From Gammaproteobacteria bacterium (lineage in GTDB: Bacteria > Pseudomonadota > Gammaproteobacteria > CAJXQU01): a DNA stretch of 64,000 bases. This document shows, one piece after another, positions 9,138 to 18,586 of this stretch (position 1 is the first letter of the stretch; each line of letters starts with the position of its first letter). Below the pieces are notes generated by a model. It ran no database searches and had not been told where the DNA came from. It worked only from the letters and a program-made list of their open reading frames with translations. A program made the position numbers and the translations under genes. The DNA lies in NCBI GenBank assembly GCA_965223825.1, contig OZ245018.1, positions 1,171,328-1,235,327 of the forward strand, in the 5' to 3' direction.

Positions 9138-10463
9138 GTGAAGTATGCAAATCTAAACTACCTTGGAAGTAAGCTTAATTTAGATACTTCTCTAATTAAT
9201 ATAGGTGATTATTTACAGTCTTTAGCCATATCCTATATATATAAGAAAATGGGCTTGAGCGATGATGATGTATTAAATCTATCTCCTGAAGAAATTATAA
9301 ATTACGAAGCAGAAGAATACATACTTTTGCCTTTGAACTGGGCTTTATTCGAAAAAAAATTCCTAGACGATGATAATAGAATAAATTTACCACATAAAGT
9401 TATACCTGTTTTTTTAAGTATGACTTTGGGTTGTGCTTATAATGATAGTAGCTTTAACTCATTCAATATTCAGTATTTAAAAAATTTCGAACCAATTGGG
9501 TGTAGGGATGAAGTAACATCGACTATTTTGAGACAACATGGTATTAAATCGTATGTCAATGGCTGTCTGACTTCTGTTTTACCTATACGAAAAACAAACT
9601 CTAGCCAAAATAAGATACTACTGATAGACGCACCTAACGAGCTGTATGAGTACATACCGAAAGACTATTTAACTAACTCTGAAGTATTCAACCAACAATA
9701 TTACATTAAAAATTCAATTCCTGTAGAAGATGTAAAAAAATCAATAGTAGATCGTTATCAATATTATTCAGATAACGCAAAAATCATTATTACTTCAAGG
9801 TTACATGCTGCATCACCCGCTTTGGCGATGGGCATTCCTGTTGTTTTTGCAAAATCAAAACTAGATATAAGACTTTCCTGGTTAGACAAGTATTTACCCT
9901 TGTATACAGAAAAAGACTTTTGTCGTATAGATTGGCATCCTAATCCTGTTAATTTTGAGGATGTTAAAGATATGATTATTAGTAATTGTATACGTAGAAT
10001 AACAGAAACATATAATTTCTATTCTGAGAACTTTAGAATAAGTAAATATTTTGAATCACGAAATAAGAATAATTACGATCTATTTGTCGATGTTTTAAAC
10101 AATGGTTATGAAAATGCCATACAATTCTTTAAAGATAAGTATGATAATGACGATGTGTTTGAATATGGAATATGGGGGTTGAATAAATCAGCTGAAAATT
10201 TTTATATTTATATGTGTGAAAATTATAAAAATGCAAAACTAACAATAGCAGTAGATTTATATAAGAAAAATCTATTTCACGGTGTTTCACCAATAGAGCC
10301 TGAAGATATGATTATTTCAAAAATTGAAAACTTAATTGTTTTACCAGTGGGCGCATCAAACATGGCATATGATTATTTTAATAAGAATGGTATATGTGAA
10401 AGTACATATTGTATCTGTGGTGAAACCTATATATCCACATCCAAAATACACACTATTTATTAA
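9138..10463 (+). CDS. Polysaccharide pyruvyl transferase family protein
   Basis: NIGDYLQSLA, PIGCRD, IITSRLHAASPALAMGIPV motifs. Confidence 0.8.
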   Translation: MKYANLNYLGSKLNLDTSLINIGDYLQSLAISYIYKKMGLSDDDVLNLSPEEIINYEAEEYILLPLNWALFEKKFLDDDNRINLPHKVIPVFLSMTLGCAYNDSSFNSFNIQYLKNFEPIGCRDEVTSTILRQHGIKSYVNGCLTSVLPIRKTNSSQNKILLIDAPNELYEYIPKDYLTNSEVFNQQYYIKNSIPVEDVKKSIVDRYQYYSDNAKIIITSRLHAASPALAMGIPVVFAKSKLDIRLSWLDKYLPLYTEKDFCRIDWHPNPVNFEDVKDMIISNCIRRITETYNFYSENFRISKYFESRNKNNYDLFVDVLNNGYENAIQFFKDKYDNDDVFEYGIWGLNKSAENFYIYMCENYKNAKLTIAVDLYKKNLFHGVSPIEPEDMIISKIENLIVLPVGASNMAYDYFNKNGICESTYCICGETYISTSKIHTIY

Positions 10464-10563
10464 GGTGTCGTAATATTCTTAAAAAATCCTTATTCGAAAA
10501 ATAACTAATGAATCAAATATAGAGGTATTTTATCTACATTGTTTTCAATAAAAAGAGGTAATT

Positions 10564-11478
10564 ATGACCAGGCCGGTTATTTCAATTGGAACAAGAGCTT
10601 ATAACGCTGAAAACACAGTCGTTCGTACACTAGACAGTATTCTCGAGCAGAGTATGCCTGGTTTTGAGTACTGGATCGTCAACAATGGCTCAACTGACAA
10701 TACAGGCTCGATATTAGACGAATATGCTAAAAAAGATAAAAGAGTTCATGCGATTCACTTAGACGTTAATCAACCCATGTTCTCAACTCTTGAAATGTTA
10801 ATAGAGCAGGGAAATGGTGAGTACTTTGCCCTTATAGATAGTGATGATTGGCTTGAACCTGAATTCATTCATGAACTACACTTAAATGCTGTTAAACACA
10901 ATGTTCAAATAGCGATTGGTGGTTCTAACTTTCACTATATTGAAAGTGGTAATATCACCCAAAGAGTAAGTGGAACGTCAGGCACTTTTCCTGTTCAATT
11001 AATTCCTGAAATATTTTCAGTTATTTATCGTTTTCTTCGACCTGTTTGGGGGAAGCTATTCTCAGCTGATCTTATTCGAGGGCAGTGGAAAACTATACAG
11101 GAGAATAGACCAAGCTGGTTGAGTTATGGTGGAGATACTTACACCTGTTTTGAATTACTAAAAGCAGCAAATGGTGTTTATTTGTCTGATAAAGTTTTAC
11201 ATAATTATAGTGTTCACACGTCATCGTCCTCTTTTTCATTCAGTCATGAAAGGTTTGCTTCAGATATTTTTTTGCTTGAGCATGCTTTGAAATTTTTAAA
11301 TAGTTTTGGACAGCCTAGCGAAAACAATCTCGACTTTATCTACCGGGTTTTTTGGCATGCAATGATGGATACAATGAAGGTTTTACTTAATGCTGATATA
11401 CCAGAGCAAGAAAAAGTCGAGTATATGGCTAAAATTTTCGATCATCCACACACAAAAATAATGAAAAAGGTAATTTGA
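10564..11478 (+). CDS. Glycosyltransferase family 2
   Basis: AYNAE...LDSILEQ, VNNGSTDNTG, IDSDD (DXD). Confidence 0.9.
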   Translation: MTRPVISIGTRAYNAENTVVRTLDSILEQSMPGFEYWIVNNGSTDNTGSILDEYAKKDKRVHAIHLDVNQPMFSTLEMLIEQGNGEYFALIDSDDWLEPEFIHELHLNAVKHNVQIAIGGSNFHYIESGNITQRVSGTSGTFPVQLIPEIFSVIYRFLRPVWGKLFSADLIRGQWKTIQENRPSWLSYGGDTYTCFELLKAANGVYLSDKVLHNYSVHTSSSSFSFSHERFASDIFLLEHALKFLNSFGQPSENNLDFIYRVFWHAMMDTMKVLLNADIPEQEKVEYMAKIFDHPHTKIMKKVI

Positions 11479-11517
11479 TCATTTATAAAATACTATAAGT
11501 GTAGTATTAATATATTT

Positions 11518-12627
11518 TCAAACGGCATACAGAACAGTATCTAATAATGTCGTACTGTAATGGCGTAGTGAGAAGTCATACTCGGCATTATATTCAGTCA
11601 ATAACTCTGGAAGATTGTACACATCCTCTGGCTTGTGGTAAGCGCAAATAGCAAGTTTTGGTTTGTTCTGTTGTATTATATTTTTAGCGCCAATCAGCGC
11701 TTCTTTTTCAGCGCCTTCAATATCCAGTTTAATCAGCGTAGGTCGTTTATCTTCTGAGTTGAAAAATAAATCTAGATTCGTTACATGGGCAGATACATCA
11801 CCGGCCTTGGATAACTTTGAACTGGCGGATAGGTTACCTTGAAACCTTAGTTCAGCTTCATGACTCCATAGTCCTTTCTTCGTTAATGTTACATTTTTAA
11901 ATCCTCCCAAATTCATTAATGCTTTATTATAATTTTTTGTCTCAATCTCGAACCCGTAATAATGGCGATAACGTTGATTTACAAGTCCTACAAAATCTAG
12001 CATGGTATCACCTGTGAACATGCCGCCATCAACGAAAACTTCTTCAGTTGAAAGGTTGAGTATTTCTTCATCAAAATACATATGATTTTTCGAAGATTCT
12101 AATGTCGATGAAAGTAAGTAACCTTCAATTCTTTTTAGGATAATCTCTTTTGAGATAGGATCTTTGAAAAAATGATACGCCCATTCGTAACCTTCCACAT
12201 GCGGTTGAAAGTCCTTAATTGTCAATTCGTGTATTTGTAATTGTTCAATATAAAAAATCTGTTTTGGATTTATTCCTAATTGCTCTAAATCATTTTTAAT
12301 ACTTTTTGAATGGGCAATCGAGCAAATTATGATGTTAGACTTTTTAAAAGACGTTTTTAACTCTTGTGGGTGAATGATGGGGTGTTCCGATCCCATTTTC
12401 CCACCGGCTAACGAACGGTCACAAAAGCAGGAGGCTTGTATACCATGTTGTGAAAGCCAATTCTCTGTGCGGATACCTAATTCACCTGCACCGTATAGAA
12501 CAAGATCACGTTTTGAAAAAGTGCTTTGTAATTCTTTTATATGAGCATGGAATTCTGAAGTTTTACATTGGGAAATAATATGATCAAATCTTTTGCGAAA
12601 GTCATTCATAAATATTTCTTCATCCAC
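11518..12627 (-). CDS. FkbM-family methyltransferase with Rossmann-like N-domain
   Basis: FVDGGMFTGDT, IKLDIEGAE, PKLAICAYH, LRHY, TVLYA; N-terminal VLYGAGELG...FCD; start may lie slightly downstream (MNDF). Confidence 0.88.
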   Translation of the reverse strand: MDEEIFMNDFRKRFDHIISQCKTSEFHAHIKELQSTFSKRDLVLYGAGELGIRTENWLSQHGIQASCFCDRSLAGGKMGSEHPIIHPQELKTSFKKSNIIICSIAHSKSIKNDLEQLGINPKQIFYIEQLQIHELTIKDFQPHVEGYEWAYHFFKDPISKEIILKRIEGYLLSSTLESSKNHMYFDEEILNLSTEEVFVDGGMFTGDTMLDFVGLVNQRYRHYYGFEIETKNYNKALMNLGGFKNVTLTKKGLWSHEAELRFQGNLSASSKLSKAGDVSAHVTNLDLFFNSEDKRPTLIKLDIEGAEKEALIGAKNIIQQNKPKLAICAYHKPEDVYNLPELLTEYNAEYDFSLRHYSTTLLDTVLYAV

Positions 12628-13526
12628 ACTATTTCAAAATCAAGTATATATTCACAATTTACAAATTCATCAGAATTTGATCGTAGTTGCTCGAGCATGA
12701 CATTTAACTGTGAATTGCAAGCTAATTGATACTGGTTTATTTTTTCAACCATTGAAATCATAAACGACCATTCAAAGTATCTGAATATTGCTGCACTGTT
12801 TGGAAACTTATTGCTTAACCATTCTGTTCGTGTTCGGTAAGACTGCAGGTATTCATCAAGCGTATCGCTCGTGAGTTTGCTGTGATCGGTTGTCCAAGCG
12901 GAATGGTTATTCTCGTGTCGGATAAATGTGTATTTTGACAAGCCATGGTAGGCAATGCGTTGTGCCTTCGCCATGAGTTTATACATCAATGAAATATCAT
13001 CAAACTTTCCTTCAACGGGAAATCTTAGATCTTTGATAAGATTATGTCGAAATAACTTTGTTGGGAAAGCCATGTTATACCGTTTACGCCACATTAATTC
13101 GATAAGTGCTTCCTCAGCGTTCATGATTTTTTTTTCGTTGAAAACCTTATCTTTAGAACCACAAATAGAAAGATCTGCATCGTTTTTAATCATTAAATTA
13201 TAAAGAAAACTAAGGAAATCAAGCTCTGCAATATCATCATCATCGATAAATGTAATGTATTTACCTTGTGCAATATCTAACCCCGTATTCCGTCCATGGC
13301 CAATACTTTCACGAGTTTGATGTATTACTTTTATCCGTGAATCTTTCAGAGCATAGGCATCGCATATCTCACCACTGCGATCAAACGATCCATTATTAAC
13401 AATAATAAATTCAAAATCACGAAAACTTTGATTGATAATGCTATCTATTGCACGACTTACAATCGCCTCACGATTGTAAGTAAGCATGATTACAGAAATC
13501 GTTGTTTTCTGTATTATCTTAGTCAT
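12606..13526 (-). CDS. Glycosyltransferase family 2
   Basis: ISVIMLTYNRE, VNNGSFD, GRNTGL, FIDDDD; start moved to the ATG at 13526, which overlaps the rfbF stop. Confidence 0.88.
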   Translation of the reverse strand: MTKIIQKTTISVIMLTYNREAIVSRAIDSIINQSFRDFEFIIVNNGSFDRSGEICDAYALKDSRIKVIHQTRESIGHGRNTGLDIAQGKYITFIDDDDIAELDFLSFLYNLMIKNDADLSICGSKDKVFNEKKIMNAEEALIELMWRKRYNMAFPTKLFRHNLIKDLRFPVEGKFDDISLMYKLMAKAQRIAYHGLSKYTFIRHENNHSAWTTDHSKLTSDTLDEYLQSYRTRTEWLSNKFPNSAAIFRYFEWSFMISMVEKINQYQLACNSQLNVMLEQLRSNSDEFVNCEYILDFEIVWMKKYL

Positions 13527-14301
13527 CCCATATTTTCCACAAGGCATTACCTTCTTCCCAGAGGCTTTCGAGCATGAATTTATCACGTTGAGTATCCATG
13601 CATTTCCAAAAGCCTTTGTGCTTATGCACACCTAGTTTTCCTTCGCTGCTTAGCTTTTCAAGCGGCTCTCTTTCCAAAATCGAATTATCATCGTCTATGT
13701 ATGAAAAAATGTCAGGTTCCATTATCATAAATCCGGCGTTGATCCAACCTGTGTCTTCTTTAGCTTTTTCTCTAAAGACTGACACATTTTCGTTATCGCC
13801 ATCGATATGTAAAACCCCGAATCTTCCTACAGGTTGAGTTGCTGATAAGGTAGCAATATTATTAGATGATTGATGCTTTTTAATTAATGACGGTAAATGT
13901 ATATCACTCACACCATCGCCATAGGTCAATAAAAAAGTTTCTTCTCCTATGTATTCCTGAATCCGTTTTATCCGACCACCCGTCTGCGTATGAAGGCCTG
14001 TATCGATTACGCTAACACGCCATGGTTCTGCTAAATTGCTATGAACGGTGATTTTATTATTTTTTGAAAAATCAAACGTGATATCGGATCTGTGGAGAAA
14101 ATAATCGGCAAAATATTGTTTGATGACATAGCTTTTATAGCCACAGCAGATAATGAATTCATCAAACCCAAAGTGAGAATAATATTTCATGATATGCCAG
14201 AGTATCGGGGCACCTGCGACTTCAATCATGGGTTTTGGCTTTAAGTGACTTTCTTCACTGATCCGGGTACCCAGTCCACCAGCTAGGATGACTACTTTCA
14301 T
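13519..14301 (-). CDS. rfbF: Glucose-1-phosphate cytidylyltransferase
   Basis: MKVVILAGGLGTRISEESHLKPKPM, TGGRIKR, TYGDGV, FWKCMDTQRDK. Confidence 0.95.
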   Translation of the reverse strand: MKVVILAGGLGTRISEESHLKPKPMIEVAGAPILWHIMKYYSHFGFDEFIICCGYKSYVIKQYFADYFLHRSDITFDFSKNNKITVHSNLAEPWRVSVIDTGLHTQTGGRIKRIQEYIGEETFLLTYGDGVSDIHLPSLIKKHQSSNNIATLSATQPVGRFGVLHIDGDNENVSVFREKAKEDTGWINAGFMIMEPDIFSYIDDDNSILEREPLEKLSSEGKLGVHKHKGFWKCMDTQRDKFMLESLWEEGNALWKIWDD

Positions 14302-14651
14302 AGATTTAGCTACTCGTTAATTGAAGCGGTGTCTAAACTTTCTCATACCTGATTTGTTGACTGGATAACCGCTATCGTTATCTTGATCGCTTCTTATTTG
14401 TGTGAGGCAGTTTAATCGAGTCGTGTTTTGACTCCATTTTCATGATAACGCATTTTACACTGAGTCAGTGTAAGAACAGAATATCGTCAATCAACGATAT
14501 TCAATATTCTGTAAACTATAATAATGGTTTACGACCTTCTAGTATTCAATACAAATGGCGAGTGCTTACTGTGACTGGTTGATCTAATCAAAAGATTCCA
14601 ATGAGAGATCGGCTGATGATAATTTTATTGATTGAAAATCAGCTTCTTAAC

Positions 14652-14684
14652 CCGATCTCCAGTCAATTAGTGACTGGAGATCGG
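14652..14684. terminator. Perfect 14-bp hairpin downstream of the GT41 gene
   Basis: CCGATCTCCAGTCA-attag-TGACTGGAGATCGG, about 60 nt past the stop of 14743..18354(-); no clear U tract. Confidence 0.55.
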
Positions 14685-14742
14685 TGAGTACTTTGTCGTA
14701 GCTAAAGCTATGGCTTTGAATATCAGCTTGTGTTTGAAATGT

Positions 14743-17700
14743 TTATGGTGCAATTCCAGTCAAGCTAATGAGCTTTTCTTTTTCCGTTAGTAGGCGCTTG
14801 GTTAAGATCACTTGCATACTATCGACGGCGCGGGCTTGTGGAAGAATGCGATCAGATGATATGCCGTCTTGTTGCATTTTTACACCGAGTGGGCTGAGTC
14901 TGAAATCAAGGTTGGTTAAATCAAAACGTGCCTCGGTCCATTTCATTGATTCAAACCAATCGGTGTAATACAACCAGCTTCGCTCATTAAAGGCACGTAC
15001 AGTTGCAGGGTTTTGCCATGCGCCATAAGAAAGATCATAAGGTACGCTAATATGAAGTTCGCCTCCGACTTTCAGTAGGTTCAAACAGTTAGTCATTGCG
15101 CTGGAAAGATCCGTAATCTGCTCTAATATGTTGTTCGCAATAATTTTCTCAAATTGATTATTGCTAAAGTTAATTACGCCATATTGCGTACTGATGACTG
15201 TTCTACCAATCAGATCATGATCTGCCAGATCAACGATCGCATCCGTTTTACAATGCTTGTCAATATCAACATTGAGATAGGCTGGGTCGTAATGTTTCCC
15301 ATTACCGATGTTTAGCGTTGTAGGAAGTGTTGAAATATCCTGACGTTCACGAGTCGTTTTATTTGAAAACTCACTATTTAAGCTATTTATCGTTTGATCA
15401 TTATCATCTTCTTCAGTCTTTTGATTTTTTTCAGCAAGATCAGAAAATGCCTTATTCAGGTGCGCCGTGGCTAAGTGTTGCTGAATTATTTTAAATCCCT
15501 GCTCCTCCATTTGTACTCTTGCCGTATCGGATTCCACAAGGTCAAGGCATGTCTCTAGAATGTGATCATACGATACGGCTTTAATAGCAAGTTGATAATC
15601 ATCATTTAGTTCAGAGTTTTCCGTATATTCAGAGATGACAGCTTTTCTATTTCCTAAGAGGTAGGGGAGATCGATTAATTCAAAGTGATTATTATCATCA
15701 ACATGCATGTTGAGAACGACTTTTGATCGTGCAATGTGATCATTTCGTTCTTGCTCTTGCAGTTCATGAATTGACTCGACGTTGAGTCCCTTGTTGACTA
15801 ACGCATCGAGAATCGTGGAATGACGTGCATTCACATAGCCATAAAATAGTACGTCAATATCCTGTTGTTTTTGACTTTCAATATCAGATAAACACGTATG
15901 GTAACCGATAGGAACGTGAATGGCTTCGATACCTTTTTTTTGTAATGTCTGTATATTTTTTTGGCTATTGTCCCACACTGGGAAACGTTTGAATATTTCA
16001 AGCAGTGCGGGTTGCATAATGAAAGTTGAGTCAACAATTCTTTCTAGGTTGTAAAGAATACTGGTTTCTGGAATGTGTTGAAGATCTTCTTCCTTAAGTA
16101 AGTGGGCTCCGAGAATAATATTAATACCATCATCGATCATGGTATTAACCGTGAGTTGTGCATTAAAGCCGAGATCAGTAAAAGCATGTTGTAACAGCTT
16201 GGCAATTTCATCAAAACTTGAGGTCTTACGGCTATAAGCAGGACGAATGATGGTGACGTTAACGTTTAATGCAGCTTGCGCGTGATCTGAAATAGCGACG
16301 TCTTCGATTTGTGCGGTGTTTTCCATAGTGCTTTTCTCTGTTTGCGAGGTTTTCGCCTGTTTTCTGGGTACAACGATATGTTCCGGAGGGAGCGATTTCC
16401 GTTTGTTCTCTTGCATAATGATGAGTAACTGTTGAAAATTTTCTACGTATTGTTTTGTATTAAACAATGCGGAATTTTTACGATTGCCGATCAGTTTATT
16501 ACGTACCTTTTGATAATAATTAGGATCATTTGCCAGCTTTAGGGCCAGGTTTTGATAGCTCTCGATATTATCTGTAATGAGCTCATCCATACCCATTGCC
16601 TGTAATAAACTGCCTGCCACGCGAGATGCAAAACTATTGCCGCTGATAGTGATCAGTGGCAGGCCAATCCAGAGTGCATCACTGGCGGTGGTGTGCGCAT
16701 TACATGGAAAATTATCAAGAAAGAGATCTGCGTTTTGTGCGCGAGATAGATGCATGTCAACGGATTGATGTGGTGCAAAGATGATACGTTCAACATTAAT
16801 CCCGCGTTGCTCGGCTTCTTTATAAAGATTCTCAGTTGCCCATTCATTACTTTCAAATAACCAGAGCACACTGTTAGGTGTCTTATTCAATAAGTCCATC
16901 CAAATATGGAAAATATCGGGCGTGATTTTATAGCTTTGGTTGAAGCAACAAAAAACGAACGCATCTTCAGGTAAACCGCACTCTGATCGCGAAGGTCGAT
17001 GTTCATGCACAACGCGGTGACTGTCATTTACCTGATAGGTATCCGGCATATAGGCAATTTTTTCTGAATAAAAAGGCTGGTGATCATCAGGAATAATGAA
17101 TCGATCTGCGATGATGTAATCAATATGATCAGCCCCCATTGTCCCTGGATAACCCAGGTAATTGACCTGAATCGGAGCAGGGTGATGTGCGAGAATGCCA
17201 GGTCGACATTGTGCTGTATAACCCTTTAAATCGATCGCGATGTCTATGCCCAGTGCGGCAATAATCGTTGCGATCTCAGTATCATTTTTGTCCGTTACAT
17301 CATGAAAATATTTGATGGCTTGTTGAATTCGTTGCCGCATAAATGACTTTGGGTCACTTGTTCCAAAGGAAAAAACATGGATAGAAAAACGTTCTGAATC
17401 CATCAGCTCGAAAAGCTCGCCCATTAAGTAGGCGGTGGCATGGTTGTATAAATCTGCAGATAAAAAAGCAATTTTAATTGGTGCCCCTTCATTTGATGGA
17501 TCTTCCAACTTTTTTGCCTCGACATGGGCGACTAACCCGCTAATGTCTTGGGTCTCACTGGTGGTGACGGTGTTATAAATACGTGCTGTTTTTAAAAAAA
17601 ACTGCGGATCATCAACGATGTTAATGATGGAAAAGGGCGAGATTGCGGATGTTACATCGAGTTTTTCGTTAATATTTAATTGAGTGATCGCTTGATCAAT

Positions 17701-18354
17701 CTCGGATCGCATTTCCTCATAATCACGCCAGTCACACATTTTCATTTGCATATGACAATATTTACTGAGTGCTCCAACCATGCTGGGTTGTATCTCGGTA
17801 GCTGCCTTGAAATGGTGGCTTGCTTGATCAAACTTGTTTTGTGTTGTGAGTAAGTTGCCAAGGTTAAAATGCGCAACGTCTTTGTTTTGATAATCTCGAT
17901 CAATTGCTTCTTGGAAACAATGTATGGCGCCATCAATGTCGCCTTTTTTCATGAGAGCATTACCGAGAACAAAATTGACTTGTTGATGATTGGGCTGACG
18001 TTGTTGTACTTGGTGATAACAGGCGATGGCTTCATCAAGTGCATCATTGCCATGAACTTCTAGAGCGCAACCGAGTTTTAAATGTGCATCCACATAATCT
18101 GGATCGAGTTTAATGCCTTCACGCAATAAACTGATCGCAGCATCGTGTTGCTGCTGATTGATAAGAATGAGTGCGAGGTTGGTAAATACGAGGCCTTGTG
18201 TGCAACCATTTTTGATTAGATCGCTGTAGGCTTTCTGAGCTTGTTGAATATTCCCTTTAATATGCTGTTGAACAGCTGCCTCAATTCGCGATCGCATTCT
18301 TTTTGACTCTTTTTTGTGCTCTATAGTGGCGGCTGCGTCGATCATCGCATTCAT
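14743..18354 (-). CDS. TPR / O-GlcNAc transferase (GT41, SPINDLY-like) fused to a GT-B-like domain and a methyltransferase-like domain
   Basis: N-terminal TPRs; KIAFLSADLYNHAT, DLKGYT, APIQVNYLGYPGTMG, FNQSYKI, DLFLDNFPCNAHTTASDALWIGLP, FASRVAGSLL; then DVLFYG...RSKVVLN and LNIGNG...LNVDI...VPYDLSYGAW. Confidence 0.9.
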   Translation of the reverse strand: MNAMIDAAATIEHKKESKRMRSRIEAAVQQHIKGNIQQAQKAYSDLIKNGCTQGLVFTNLALILINQQQHDAAISLLREGIKLDPDYVDAHLKLGCALEVHGNDALDEAIACYHQVQQRQPNHQQVNFVLGNALMKKGDIDGAIHCFQEAIDRDYQNKDVAHFNLGNLLTTQNKFDQASHHFKAATEIQPSMVGALSKYCHMQMKMCDWRDYEEMRSEIDQAITQLNINEKLDVTSAISPFSIINIVDDPQFFLKTARIYNTVTTSETQDISGLVAHVEAKKLEDPSNEGAPIKIAFLSADLYNHATAYLMGELFELMDSERFSIHVFSFGTSDPKSFMRQRIQQAIKYFHDVTDKNDTEIATIIAALGIDIAIDLKGYTAQCRPGILAHHPAPIQVNYLGYPGTMGADHIDYIIADRFIIPDDHQPFYSEKIAYMPDTYQVNDSHRVVHEHRPSRSECGLPEDAFVFCCFNQSYKITPDIFHIWMDLLNKTPNSVLWLFESNEWATENLYKEAEQRGINVERIIFAPHQSVDMHLSRAQNADLFLDNFPCNAHTTASDALWIGLPLITISGNSFASRVAGSLLQAMGMDELITDNIESYQNLALKLANDPNYYQKVRNKLIGNRKNSALFNTKQYVENFQQLLIIMQENKRKSLPPEHIVVPRKQAKTSQTEKSTMENTAQIEDVAISDHAQAALNVNVTIIRPAYSRKTSSFDEIAKLLQHAFTDLGFNAQLTVNTMIDDGINIILGAHLLKEEDLQHIPETSILYNLERIVDSTFIMQPALLEIFKRFPVWDNSQKNIQTLQKKGIEAIHVPIGYHTCLSDIESQKQQDIDVLFYGYVNARHSTILDALVNKGLNVESIHELQEQERNDHIARSKVVLNMHVDDNNHFELIDLPYLLGNRKAVISEYTENSELNDDYQLAIKAVSYDHILETCLDLVESDTARVQMEEQGFKIIQQHLATAHLNKAFSDLAEKNQKTEEDDNDQTINSLNSEFSNKTTRERQDISTLPTTLNIGNGKHYDPAYLNVDIDKHCKTDAIVDLADHDLIGRTVISTQYGVINFSNNQFEKIIANNILEQITDLSSAMTNCLNLLKVGGELHISVPYDLSYGAWQNPATVRAFNERSWLYYTDWFESMKWTEARFDLTNLDFRLSPLGVKMQQDGISSDRILPQARAVDSMQVILTKRLLTEKEKLISLTGIAP

Positions 18355-18398
18355 GTCGAATCCTTTATTTTTGTTAACTATTCTCTATAACAGGCAAA

Positions 18399-18413
18399 GC
18401 ATGATATGTGCCA
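18399..18413 (-). promoter_or_regulatory. sigma54 promoter for the GT41 gene
   Basis: Minus strand reads TGGCACATATCATGC = GG-N10-GC, about 45 nt upstream of the start codon. Confidence 0.7.
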
Positions 18414-18487
18414 TTGAAAGTTTGCATTTTTGTTACGTAATCAAAAAAGTTTAAAGGTTTTTTCAGGTCGGTCGCTGTAATCCCTGA

Positions 18488-18586
18488 CGCAGTCCAGAAA
18501 GGATGCGGTAACAACTGTAGAAACGGTAAAACAACTATCGGACAAGAATTGTCTGGTATGTCCAACCTAGAAAAGGAGAAAGGACT
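18488..18586 (+). promoter_or_regulatory. Structured 5' leader of flagellin 1 with repeated AGAA-loop hairpins
   Basis: Four hairpins with AGAA loops at 18496, 18519, 18545 and 18569; the 3' part is shared with the flagellin 2 leader. Confidence 0.55.

Noticed and set aside
13527-13631. N-terminal extension of the GT2 ORF given in the track
   Set aside because: It overlaps rfbF by over 100 nt; the ATG at 13526, coupled to the rfbF stop, is more plausible.
14479-14502. 9-bp inverted repeat GAATATCGT-N6-ACGATATTC upstream of rfbF
   Set aside because: It could be an operator, but it is a single AT-rich instance with no cognate regulator, so it is not supportable.
18452-18478. sigma28 promoter for flagellin 1
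   Set aside because: The -10 element matches only 4 of 8 positions, so it is not listed as a feature.
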